A stretch of DNA of 64,000 bases, taken from NCBI GenBank assembly GCA_049323435.1, contig JBMOMX010000008.1:40609-104608 (forward strand), in the 5' to 3' direction. The notes below the pieces were generated by a model that saw nothing but the letters and a program-made list of their open reading frames with translations, made no database searches and was not told the DNA's origin. Every line of letters begins with the position of its first letter. The stretch's first letter is position 1. Shown here piece by piece: positions 1-8,912 of this stretch. This stretch comes from Pseudomonadota bacterium (GTDB taxonomy: Bacteria; Pseudomonadota; Alphaproteobacteria; UBA11222). The translations under genes and the position numbers were made by a program.

Positions 1-359
1 TTCGGGTGATATGGACACATGCATTGAAGACCCCCGGTTTCACAGTGCGATTTTGCAACAAATTATCACGCCCCGCCCCCTGACGCATGCCCTTAATCCC
101 CTCCATCCGCTCAAGCCTGGCCTCGATGCGGGCCAGCGCTTCCAGAATATGGCGCAGTTTTTCTTCCTGGCGCGCCAGACGCTCCGCCATATCGCTCTGC
201 GCGGCCGCAACGCTTTCCAGCCGCGTCACCCGCTCGCTCATGCCCCCGGCCCAGATCAGCGCGGTGCCGATCTGCACGCCCAATATCAGAAACAGCATCA
301 CCGGCACGCGGCGGTCAATGCCCCAGCCGTTCTTTCCCATGCTCTCGATCGTGCTCATG
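1..359 (-). CDS. Small membrane/coiled-coil protein, partial (runs off the window start), immediately downstream of the portal gene (position equivalent to GTA g3.5 / phage head accessory gene)
   Basis: Minus-strand ATG at 357-359 preceded by AGGTG RBS, 14 bp after the portal stop. Translation MSTIESMGKNGWGIDRRVPVMLFLILGVQIGTALIWAGG... has one TM helix then a coiled-coil segment. No stop before position 1. Not in the ORF track because it is incomplete. Confidence 0.45.
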
Positions 360-373
360 TCACACCTATATGT

Positions 374-1621
374 TTATGATTTGTTCTTAACATCGGAAAG
401 CCGGTCCCCATCCGCCAGCGGCGCATAGCCGGCCGCCGCGCGCTTTTCATTGAGCGTCAGAAAATCGGCAGCGCGCACCCGTTCCCACAGGCTGTCGCGG
501 TCCGCCGCCAGCGCCTCCACCTGATCGGCGTCATACCAAAGCCGCAGCCCCGTCCCGAAACGCGGCCCCAGCCACTGGTTCAGTGCCGCACAGGCTTTTC
601 CCACTAACGGCAGAACCGTCTGCCGGTGAAACGCCAGATTGGCTTCGCGGTAATTGGCATAGGTATTATCCCCCTGAATGCCCAGCAGCATCGGCGGCAC
701 GCCAAACGCCAGCGCAATTTCACGCGCCGCCACATGTTTTGACTGAATGAAATCCATGTCTTTTGGATTGAACGACATTTCCTTCCAGTCCAGCCCGCCT
801 TCCAGCAGCAAAGGCCGCCCCGCATTTGAGGCGCCCTGATAATTATCCGACAATTCCTGTTTCAGGCGCGCCACCTGATCCTGGCTCAGATTTGGGCTTC
901 CATCCGTACCCTGATAAATCAGCGCGCCCGATGGCCGCGCCCCGTTATCCAGCAGCGCCTTGTTCCACCCGGCGGCCGCATTATGCAAATCAATGCCAAG
1001 CGCTGCCGCTTCAATGGGCGAAAATCCATAATGGTCATTACTGGGATGAAACAGCTTCATATGCAAAATAGGCGCGCGCCCGCGCATGGCGTCCATTTCA
1101 AAACGCACCGATTTGCCGCCCGCTGAATATTCATACGCCGCCGGCCATCCCCGCGCGCCTGGAACCAGTTTCATCCGGTCCGGGCGCAGCGCATATAATT
1201 CACGCGGCGCGCCGCGCACTTCCACCGCTTCAAGATAGGCATTGCCCGAAATCTGCAAAAATCCGAACCAGGCTTCTTTCAGCTCCACCCCGCTTTGCAG
1301 CGGGTTGGGCCGCGCCAGCAAATCCAGCAGCGGATGGGTGTCCAGTTCCTGCTCCCGCCTTCCTGCGCCTTGATACAATATCCACGGCACGGCAGCCGCC
1401 GTTTCGCTGATCATCCGTACACAGCGATAGGCAATGGCGTTGCGGGCAAATCCTTCCTGCGCCAGATCGCCATATTGGCGCGGCGTCCACACGGGCGCGC
1501 CCTGCCCATGCAACGCAATAAGCGCGCCCGCCGCACTTTGCTTTTCATCAAGCTGCGGACGCAGGCCAAGCCTGCGTAATATGCTGAATGGATCCCTCAC
1601 GCTCGCTCCTTTCAAATTCAC
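374..1621 (-). CDS. Phage portal protein (HK97/GTA-type)
   Basis: 415-aa ORF. Size and sequence character match HK97-family portal proteins. Start overlaps the terminase stop (operon). Confidence 0.75.
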   Translation of the reverse strand: MNLKGASVRDPFSILRRLGLRPQLDEKQSAAGALIALHGQGAPVWTPRQYGDLAQEGFARNAIAYRCVRMISETAAAVPWILYQGAGRREQELDTHPLLDLLARPNPLQSGVELKEAWFGFLQISGNAYLEAVEVRGAPRELYALRPDRMKLVPGARGWPAAYEYSAGGKSVRFEMDAMRGRAPILHMKLFHPSNDHYGFSPIEAAALGIDLHNAAAGWNKALLDNGARPSGALIYQGTDGSPNLSQDQVARLKQELSDNYQGASNAGRPLLLEGGLDWKEMSFNPKDMDFIQSKHVAAREIALAFGVPPMLLGIQGDNTYANYREANLAFHRQTVLPLVGKACAALNQWLGPRFGTGLRLWYDADQVEALAADRDSLWERVRAADFLTLNEKRAAAGYAPLADGDRLSDVKNKS

Positions 1622-2958
1622 TATAATCGCTGCACGCGCGGCTCGCCCGCTTCTCCGGTAAGCATCAGTTCAGTTAACGCCCACACCAGCGCGTCCACCC
1701 GGTCCGGGCTCCATCCGGCTGCGGCCCGGTTGAAACTCCGGGTGAATTCCGCCATCTCATCTTCCAGCAGCGGGAATGCCCCGACATGATGCACCCGGCC
1801 CTGTTCATACAGCGCAGATACCGGTTCCGCGCGCGACGCCTTGCCCCGGCTGGCGCGCACAGACCGCACCGGCGCATTGGCGTCCACCTGCCGGATCACC
1901 GCTTCCACCATATCGCCGCCCTGATTGACCTCCGCCACGATCCGGTCCGCTGCAAAATCCCGGAACGCCGCAACGGCACGGCTGGCCCAGATATGCGGTG
2001 AAACTCCCTGTACGGAATAATCGGCCAGCACATAGCCATGCCCATTCCCGCCCAGTCCCGCAACAAGTATCCCGCAAGTGTCGCTATTGGCGGTGCTGGT
2101 TGCAGGCGGATCAACCGCCACCACAATGCGGATCAAATCCGCTGCCGCCGCCACCCGGCAGGCCTCTATCTGTCCCCGGCTCCACAGCGCGTCAGGATTA
2201 TCTTCCAGCAGTTCCGCCAGCAATTCCTGGCGGCCCAGCCGCGTGCCTTCATACTGCGCCGTGATGCGTTCAAAAAATTGCGGCGCCAGATTGGCCGCAT
2301 TGTCATAACTTGTTGCGCGCGACACCCGTATATTGGGATCGGCCAGAAGATCGCGCAGCAGGCGCACCGGGCGCGGCGTTGTTGTAATCACCTGCCTGGG
2401 ATCGGTGCCCAGCCGCAATCCGAATTGCAGCATGTCCCAGGTTTCGCGGCCATGCCGCCATTTGGTTAATTCATCCGCCCACGCCCCGTCAAATTGCGGG
2501 CCGCGCAACCCGTCCGGATCTTCGGCGGAAAATAATTGCGCCTGTGCGCCATTGGGCCAGATCACCCGGCGCTTTGATGCTTCATATTTTGGCCGCGCCC
2601 AGGGCGGCGAAATGGCCAGAATGCCGCTTTCGCCTTCCACCATGACATCACGCGCGGCGCTGATGGTTTCCCCAATCAGCGCCAGGCGCGCCCGCTGCCC
2701 GCGCGCCAGCGGCGTCCGGCCCATAACCGAGCTGCGCACCCATTCCGCACCTGCGCGCGTTTTGCCTGCCCCGCGCCCCCCCAGTAAAAGCCAGCCTACC
2801 CATTTACCTTCCGGGGCCAGTTGATCCTCACGCGCCCAGAATGGCCACAGCCAGTTAATCTGCCCGCGGATGCTTGCCGGCAGCGCGTCAAGAATCTCAT
2901 CCCTCTGCTTTTGCGGCAGCGAGGCGAGCCAGGCGGCGTTGTACTTCGTCCCAGCCAT
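1621..2958 (-). CDS. Phage terminase large subunit (GTA TerL-like, ~445 aa)
   Basis: Walker A-like GGRGAGKTRAG near the N-terminus. C-terminal nuclease-domain character. Overlaps the upstream small ORF and the downstream portal. Confidence 0.8.
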   Translation of the reverse strand: MAGTKYNAAWLASLPQKQRDEILDALPASIRGQINWLWPFWAREDQLAPEGKWVGWLLLGGRGAGKTRAGAEWVRSSVMGRTPLARGQRARLALIGETISAARDVMVEGESGILAISPPWARPKYEASKRRVIWPNGAQAQLFSAEDPDGLRGPQFDGAWADELTKWRHGRETWDMLQFGLRLGTDPRQVITTTPRPVRLLRDLLADPNIRVSRATSYDNAANLAPQFFERITAQYEGTRLGRQELLAELLEDNPDALWSRGQIEACRVAAAADLIRIVVAVDPPATSTANSDTCGILVAGLGGNGHGYVLADYSVQGVSPHIWASRAVAAFRDFAADRIVAEVNQGGDMVEAVIRQVDANAPVRSVRASRGKASRAEPVSALYEQGRVHHVGAFPLLEDEMAEFTRSFNRAAAGWSPDRVDALVWALTELMLTGEAGEPRVQRL

Positions 2959-3441
2959 CTTCCGCCTCCGCTATCATTTCTGGCGCGCCTTGATCCTGTG
3001 CGGGCTTCGCGCCCTGCGTGGCGTCACGCTCCAGCACCGTCAGTTTCTCCAGCGCCCGCGCCAGCGATGTCAGAATATCCGCAGCGCCCTTTTTTTCCGT
3101 CGCGCTCATGCCTGGCTTTTCCGGATGATCCAGATGCTGCTCCAGCTCATCCGCCAGGCGGTTGACAATCCCCATCATCCGCCCCAGCGCCCGTCTGGCA
3201 TTGATATTTTCCTGCGGTTTGGCGCGGCCTTTGCGTGACACGCTGACACTTGCGGGACGCGCTGGCGCCTTGGCGGCCTGTGCCGTAATAACAGGTGATG
3301 GCCGCGCCCACCCGTCGCGTTTGGCCTTTGCATGAATCGTGATTGCCGCCATCCCATGTTTGCGTGCAATCTCCGCCACCGGCACATCGCGCGTATGATA
3401 GTCCCGCGCGACAGAATCCCAGTCGATACTCCGCTGTGTCA
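2897..3441 (-). CDS. Terminase small subunit-like HTH protein (GTA g1-like)
   Basis: ATG at 3441 with AGGGAG RBS. N-terminal HTH (VAEIARKHGMAAITIHAKAKRDGW). 3' end overlaps the terL start. The track ORF extends to 3583, but that extension contains a terminator hairpin, so it is not coding. Confidence 0.45.
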
Positions 3442-3480
3442 TTCCCGCTCCCTGTATAAATTGCGCTGCGTGCCGCCCAT

Positions 3481-3508
3481 AAAAAAAGCGCCCGTTACAC
3501 TGGGCGCT
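3481..3508 (-). terminator. Rho-independent terminator on the minus strand, between the upstream regulator-like gene and the packaging genes
   Basis: Minus-strand RNA: AGCGCCC-AGUGUAAC-GGGCGCU followed by U7. A 7-bp GC stem plus T-run. Lies about 40 nt upstream of the terS-like ATG. Confidence 0.55.
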
Positions 3509-3627
3509 GTTTGTAATCCTGCTGCTGATCATCCCGTGCCGCCCGCCTGTACCAGAATTGGCGGCGGACGCAATTTCGACCATGGATAAATTTATAACTT
3601 ATATCGTTATGATTAGCAAGAAAAAAA

Positions 3628-4479
3628 TTACGTATAATGTAAATTATTTTTTTTGTTCTTATTCAGGGGCGCGGAACGCATGGAATCTGGCTGCGCTTCA
3701 GCGGCCTGCTCCGGCCTGATGCCATAATGCACCGCCAGCAATGACAGCGCGATACCCAGCACCACCTTGCCCGACCGCACCGGCCAGCCCAATTGCTTTT
3801 CGGCCTCGGCCAGCCCGTTCAGATGACAACATACCTGCAACAACACACTGCCCAGATCGGAGCCCACCGCCTGTAACGCTTTCCATACCCGGTCCTTGGC
3901 GCCGATCATGGCGTCATTCATGTTGGCTGCGCCGCCATTGCCGCTGCGTCCTGCATGATTGACCGGCATGCCCCATAGGGCCGTCACCCTGGGGTCCAGA
4001 TTTGCCAGCGTAAAATCCCGCCGCAACCGCTCGCCTGCTGTAAATTGATCAAGGCTTATCAGTGTCTTGCCTTGCCGGTCTTTATGGCGGAACAACCAGC
4101 TCAGCGGGCTTTCCGCATGATTGACCCGGACCATGACCGTGCCGCCCGTTTCTGACTTTATCTCGCCAATATCCAGATCTTGATGCTGGCTGCGAAAGGG
4201 CGAATCATTTGCAGTGGCACGGCGCAGCCTTGCACGCCCCAGCGGCGAAATCACCCATTGCAAGGCCTGGCCAGCCTGCGCCACAATCAGCTCCTCACGC
4301 GACAGATGCGTAAATATTTCCTGCGAAATACACAGAACCGGAGCAGCAAATTTGTTGCGCGCCACAAAAATTCCCAGCCCCCCATCCCCATCCTGGCGGC
4401 CATAGGCCTGGTGTTCCGCCAGCCGCCGCAACGCAGTTTCCAGCAAAGGAAATCTATCACTAATAGGTGCGTTAGACAT
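3628..4479 (-). CDS. Hypothetical HTH-like regulator candidate, co-oriented with and directly upstream of the phage/GTA head genes (possible GafA-type activator)
   Basis: 288-aa ORF, start MSNAPI with GGGGG RBS. C-terminal LGSVLLQVCCHLNGLAEAEKQLGWPVRSGKVVLGIALSLLAVHYG resembles a sigma-region-4/HTH-like segment. 3' end runs into an AT-rich tract. Confidence 0.4.
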   Translation of the reverse strand: MSNAPISDRFPLLETALRRLAEHQAYGRQDGDGGLGIFVARNKFAAPVLCISQEIFTHLSREELIVAQAGQALQWVISPLGRARLRRATANDSPFRSQHQDLDIGEIKSETGGTVMVRVNHAESPLSWLFRHKDRQGKTLISLDQFTAGERLRRDFTLANLDPRVTALWGMPVNHAGRSGNGGAANMNDAMIGAKDRVWKALQAVGSDLGSVLLQVCCHLNGLAEAEKQLGWPVRSGKVVLGIALSLLAVHYGIRPEQAAEAQPDSMRSAPLNKNKKNNLHYT

Positions 4480-4611
4480 ATTACCCCCATACATTGCAGG
4501 TTTTTATTCCTTTTATAGGACTTTTTACTGAATTGCAAGTGAAAGCTATAACCTATAGAGTTAGTTAATGATTTAAATAATCTCATTTTACGTAAATTTC
4601 CGGTTAGCGAA

Positions 4612-5196
4612 ATGACCCTGATGCACAATAAAATCCGCACTTTCCGCAAGCAGCGCGGCATGACCCTGGCGGCGCTGGGGGCAGCGATTGGTCTCACGCC
4701 GCAATCCGTTTCGCGTATTGAAAACGGCAAAATGCGCCTGTCCACGGACTGGATGGTGCGCATCGCCGGGGCTTTGAATGTCAGCCCGCTCGACCTGCTG
4801 GATGCCGGCGCTCCCGGCGGCGCGGAATTAATCGGCGAGGCTGGCGCCGACGGGGCCTGCACGGCGCTCACCCCGCAACTGTTCCGCATGGCCTTGCCAG
4901 GCCCGGGCCAGTTGGTATTACGCCTGGCTCAGGATTGCGGCCCCTATCGCGCGGGCGAATATCTGGTCTGTGCGCGCCTGGCGCAATATGAACTGGTATC
5001 GGCGCTGGGATGCGACTGCCTGGTGGAATTATCCGGGGGCGGACGATTTTTATGCCGTGTGGTGTCGCGCAGCGCCGGCGCACGCGCAACCGCAGTCTTC
5101 ACTCTCGCCGCTCTGGCATCCGGCGGCTGGGTACTGGAAAATCAGTCCTTGGCCTGGATCGCCGCCATCCGCATGCGCCTGCAATTTGTAAGCTGA
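4612..5196 (+). CDS. XRE-family HTH transcriptional regulator (CI/Cro-like) with C-terminal domain
   Basis: N-terminal RGMTLAALGAAIGLTPQSVSRIENGK is a canonical XRE HTH. Divergent from the 288-aa gene across an AT-rich 118-bp region. Confidence 0.75.
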   Translation: MTLMHNKIRTFRKQRGMTLAALGAAIGLTPQSVSRIENGKMRLSTDWMVRIAGALNVSPLDLLDAGAPGGAELIGEAGADGACTALTPQLFRMALPGPGQLVLRLAQDCGPYRAGEYLVCARLAQYELVSALGCDCLVELSGGGRFLCRVVSRSAGARATAVFTLAALASGGWVLENQSLAWIAAIRMRLQFVS

Positions 5197-5233
5197 GCTG
5201 GAACAATTGCATCCGGTCCGGCCAGGGGCTGGC

Positions 5234-6637
5234 CTACAGATACCAGTCATATTCCTGCGGCGAAATGGTCTGCATGAATTTTTCCAGCTCCCGGCGCTTG
5301 GCGTCCACATATAACGCCGTGTAATTTCCGGGAAAATAGCCAGGTAAAATCGTACCAGCCGACATGGCCTCCAGCGCGGCCCAGAAATTATGCGGCAGGT
5401 CCGGCGCTAACTGCGCCGCTGCATTTCCCGCCACCGGCGGCCCCGGATCCGCTTTGCTAACCAGGCCATGATGCATCCCCGCCAAAATCGCCGCGACCAG
5501 CAGATAGGGATTGGCCTCCGCGCCTGCCACGCGATGCTCGATGCGGCGGCCCGCATCCGGCCCCGGCGGCACACGGATGGCGGCTGACCGGTTGTTATAG
5601 CCCCAGCATGTGGACAGCGGCACGAATATATTCGGCCCAAAACGGCGAAAGGCGCCCAGATTAGGCGCGAAAATAGCCATGCTCTGCGCCATCGCCGCGC
5701 GCAACCCGCCAATGGCATGGCGCAGTTCGGCGCTGCCCGCGGCGCCATTGCCGGCAAAAATATTTTGACCCGCGGCATCCACAACACTGACATGCACATG
5801 AAAGCCGCTTCCGGCCTTGTCACTATAGGGCTTGGACATAAAACTGGCTTCCAGCCCGCGCGCCTGCGCCGCCGCCCGGACCAGCCGCCGCAACAGCGCT
5901 GCATCATCCGCCGCGCGCAGTGCATCTGCCCGGTGCTGCAAATTTATCTCAAACTGCCCTGGCCCGAACTCGGCGCTGGCCATGCTGGCGGGCACATTCT
6001 GCATGGCGCTCCATTTTTGCAGATCGGTCAGAAAATCCTGGTAATAATCCAGCTCCTCCAGCCCGTACACCTGATTATTGACATCGCGCCGGCCGGAACC
6101 GCTAAGCCGCGGCGGCTGCGGCGCGCCCTGTTCGCCGCGCACAGCGTCAATCAGATAAAATTCCAGTTCACACGCCACCACAGGGGTCAGGCCAAGATCC
6201 GCAAAACGCGCCACCACTGCCGCCAGAATATTGCGCGGATCGTAACATATTTCGCGCGTATCCGGCTCATAGAGTTGCATCAGCACCTGGCCAAGACCCG
6301 GCCCGGACCCCGCCTTCAGCCAGGGCGCGGGCGCAAGCGTACCGGCAATGGGAAAGCCGGTCGCATCCGGATCACCATCGCTGAAACCGCGCCCCAGCAC
6401 GTCAAGCTGATCCCCCGTTACATCCAGCAGATAAAGGCTGGCTGGCAGGTTCATGCCCTGTGTATACAGCCCCGCCAGTTCCGAAACCGGCAGGCGCTTG
6501 CCCCGCGCCACTCCGGACATGTCAATAAAGATCGCATCCACATGGCGAATTTCGGGATGACGCCTGCAGAACGCCTCCGCCTCCTGCACACCGCCACCGT
6601 CAACCGGTCCGGCAGGCGCATTGCTCAGTTTGGACAT
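5234..6637 (-). CDS. Glutamine synthetase family protein (GlnT / gamma-glutamyl-polyamine synthetase-like)
   Basis: 467 aa with the GS catalytic-domain architecture (beta-grasp N-domain plus catalytic C-domain motifs). Confidence 0.8.
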   Translation of the reverse strand: MSKLSNAPAGPVDGGGVQEAEAFCRRHPEIRHVDAIFIDMSGVARGKRLPVSELAGLYTQGMNLPASLYLLDVTGDQLDVLGRGFSDGDPDATGFPIAGTLAPAPWLKAGSGPGLGQVLMQLYEPDTREICYDPRNILAAVVARFADLGLTPVVACELEFYLIDAVRGEQGAPQPPRLSGSGRRDVNNQVYGLEELDYYQDFLTDLQKWSAMQNVPASMASAEFGPGQFEINLQHRADALRAADDAALLRRLVRAAAQARGLEASFMSKPYSDKAGSGFHVHVSVVDAAGQNIFAGNGAAGSAELRHAIGGLRAAMAQSMAIFAPNLGAFRRFGPNIFVPLSTCWGYNNRSAAIRVPPGPDAGRRIEHRVAGAEANPYLLVAAILAGMHHGLVSKADPGPPVAGNAAAQLAPDLPHNFWAALEAMSAGTILPGYFPGNYTALYVDAKRRELEKFMQTISPQEYDWYL

Positions 6638-6920
6638 AAATCACCAGAACAGCCTATATTCCCGCCAGGCCGCCGCCTCGCATTGCTATCCTTGCCCGCC
6701 ATGAAAGTGAAGCAAAAGGGAAAGCCCGAGGCGAGAGGACAAGCCGCCAGCTAAGCAAGCTGATAAGGCCTAGCATCATCAAGCCAAATCATACAGGTGA
6801 TAACACACTGTTAGCAACCGGCTTTCATGCCGCCCGCCGCCGCCGCGCGGCCAGCGCGGTCAAGGATGGCGGACAGGTAACTCAGAATTTTATAATCCTG
6901 TACCCGCCCTGCTCATTGCG

Positions 6921-7745
6921 TCAGGTCATAACCTGACCCCGATTTTCCTGACTGAATAGTTCGCGGCCTTGCGCCGATGAAAGCATCCTGTCAATGCCGC
7001 CGGAAATGTGGGAACGGCACGCCGCCGCAAGCGTTTTCCGGCAGGGAAAATCCGAAGCCGTCAGCAGGGGATGAAATTGCAGCCTTGCAGGCGCATCAGC
7101 CCGGCCAAGCACGGACCACAGATGCGGCAGCATCCGGGTTTCCCCGTACCAGGCCAGCGACGTATCGGCGCCGCCATTCACCGGATCGGGATAGGCGATA
7201 GAAACCGCCTGCACCCTGACTTCCGGCAGGCCATCGACTGCGGCCAGCAGGGATGATTTAAATGGCAACAATCTGCCGCCTTCGCCTGTCGTGCCTTCAG
7301 GGAACAGAATCACATTGCAGCCAGATGCCAGGCGCTCCCGGATCATCCGCACCTCCCGCTCTACCTGCACCGGTTGCCGGCTTACAAAGATGCATTGCCG
7401 CATACTGGCCAGCCGGCCAAGCAGCGGCCAATCCGCTACATCCGATTTGGCGACAAACACCGCATCCAGTTTCATACCCAGCACAATTATGTCCAGCCAT
7501 GAAACATGATTGGCGACATACAGCACAGGAAATTCCGGCCTGTTACCTTTATCCACAGGATAGGCCTGACCCCTCGCCTGTAACTTCACACCGATAATAT
7601 GACCCACGCAGCGAAACCACAGTCCGGCGACAAGCCGCTGAAAATCTGGGCTGCGGCCGAACTTGTAAAACGGCATAAGAAACAGGGTCGTAACCAGAAA
7701 GGCGCTGAAACGGCCAGTGGCGCGTAGCTTGGCGGCGACTGGCAT
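6921..7745 (-). CDS. olsA: Lyso-ornithine lipid O-acyltransferase (PlsC-family acyltransferase)
   Basis: HxxxxD motif (NHVSWLDI) and FPEGTT motif of the PlsC family. ATGA overlap with the upstream olsB stop. Confidence 0.65.
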   Translation of the reverse strand: MPVAAKLRATGRFSAFLVTTLFLMPFYKFGRSPDFQRLVAGLWFRCVGHIIGVKLQARGQAYPVDKGNRPEFPVLYVANHVSWLDIIVLGMKLDAVFVAKSDVADWPLLGRLASMRQCIFVSRQPVQVEREVRMIRERLASGCNVILFPEGTTGEGGRLLPFKSSLLAAVDGLPEVRVQAVSIAYPDPVNGGADTSLAWYGETRMLPHLWSVLGRADAPARLQFHPLLTASDFPCRKTLAAACRSHISGGIDRMLSSAQGRELFSQENRGQVMT

Positions 7746-8539
7746 TATGCCGCATCCCGGTAGCGTTTGGCATAGCCCGCGCTTAACGACAAGGGCATCA
7801 CCATCACGCAAACATCAACCGTATTGAATATATTATCGACAACCGCACCGTCCCCAACCATGGCGCCGGCGCCAATATAGCCGCGAATCAGCGGCGGCAT
7901 CTGGCGCAGCGCCTGGCGCCGGTCAATGGCGGTTTCACACCGGCGGCGCATTTCCACATACTGCCCGGGATGGGCGAATGGTCGCAGTTCCTCCGGCGCA
8001 AGATGGTGGTGGTGCAGAAAAGTCAGCGCCTCAGCGGCCGCTTCCGGATTGGTGCCTGGAAAGCTGGCGCAGCCGAACATCACTTCTATCTGGTGTGCAG
8101 CGATATAGTCGCCAAGGCCGCGCCACAGCATGTCCAGCACCGCACGATTGCGATATTCAGGATGCACGCAGGAACGGCTCAGTTCCAATATTTCGCCCGG
8201 CAGGGATTTTATGGAAGTCAGATCAAATTCCGACTCAGTATAAAAAATCTGCCCCTCCGCAAGCACGCTGCGGCGCGTCAGGCGATAGGTGCCGACGACA
8301 TTGGCGGCGCCTTTTTCATTTTCATATGGTGATTCGTTGTCGATGACCAGAAGATGGTCGCAGATCCTGTCATAGCAGTCCGCATCCCGGCGCTCTTCAA
8401 GTTTCCATTGGTTTGGACGCGCCTGCATTTCTTCGTAAAAGACCTGATATCGCAGGCGCTGTGCGGCGCGAATTTCAGCTTCATTCTGCGCCAGGCGGAC
8501 ATCAAACCGGCATTTACTTTTTGTAACATGTTCAAGCAT
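7745..8539 (-). CDS. olsB: Ornithine-acyl-ACP N-acyltransferase (GNAT / hemolysin-like)
   Basis: GNAT-like hemolysin-type family. Conserved olsB-olsA gene order with translational coupling. Confidence 0.65.
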   Translation of the reverse strand: MLEHVTKSKCRFDVRLAQNEAEIRAAQRLRYQVFYEEMQARPNQWKLEERRDADCYDRICDHLLVIDNESPYENEKGAANVVGTYRLTRRSVLAEGQIFYTESEFDLTSIKSLPGEILELSRSCVHPEYRNRAVLDMLWRGLGDYIAAHQIEVMFGCASFPGTNPEAAAEALTFLHHHHLAPEELRPFAHPGQYVEMRRRCETAIDRRQALRQMPPLIRGYIGAGAMVGDGAVVDNIFNTVDVCVMVMPLSLSAGYAKRYRDAA

Positions 8540-8912
8540 GCCATACCTCTTCTTCTCATGTGGAAGCCGGGTAAGCCTTGACGCTTGCATATGTAGTTTG
8601 TGTCACGAAGCGATGAATCCTTCATGACAACAGCCGCATTTGCCCAAAATCTCAGACTTTTAGGCCATTTCAGGACGCATACGGAAGGTTTCGGGAAGGC
8701 TGCGGGGGGGCCATTTTACCCCCCCGCAGGCAAAAATTTGCTGTCCAAAGACATAATCCCGCCCGCCTGGCGAATCACTTCCGGTCAGAAATGCACCAGA
8801 CCGCCGCCCGCGCCGCCCTGAAAAACAGGCCAAAAACCGGCGGCGCGGCGGCTTTTGCAGTCAGGAATTTTACCATTCAGCAAGTCCTGAAAACGCTGTT
8901 TGACGCTTGCGA

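Noticed and set aside
11-428. Plus-strand ORFs 11..379 and 87..428 from the six-frame track
   Set aside because: The convincing gene here is on the minus strand (RBS-preceded ATG at 359, TM plus coiled-coil protein following the portal). The plus-strand ORFs are GC-rich antisense frames with no motifs.
3442-3583. N-terminal extension of the 228-aa track ORF upstream of the terS-like gene
   Set aside because: The extension contains a canonical terminator hairpin plus T-run (3481-3508). The ATG at 3441 has a good RBS, so the extension is treated as non-coding leader.
5717-6754. 345-aa plus-strand ORF, and similar long antisense ORFs (12686..13561, 22652..23512, 35213..36013, 36749..37930, 38685..39500, 43998..44978, 44768..45346, 50860..51501, 57007..57561)
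   Set aside because: All lie antisense to, or out of frame within, strongly supported genes. They are Arg/Ala/Gly/Pro-rich, typical of open antisense frames in GC-rich DNA, with no recognizable motifs.
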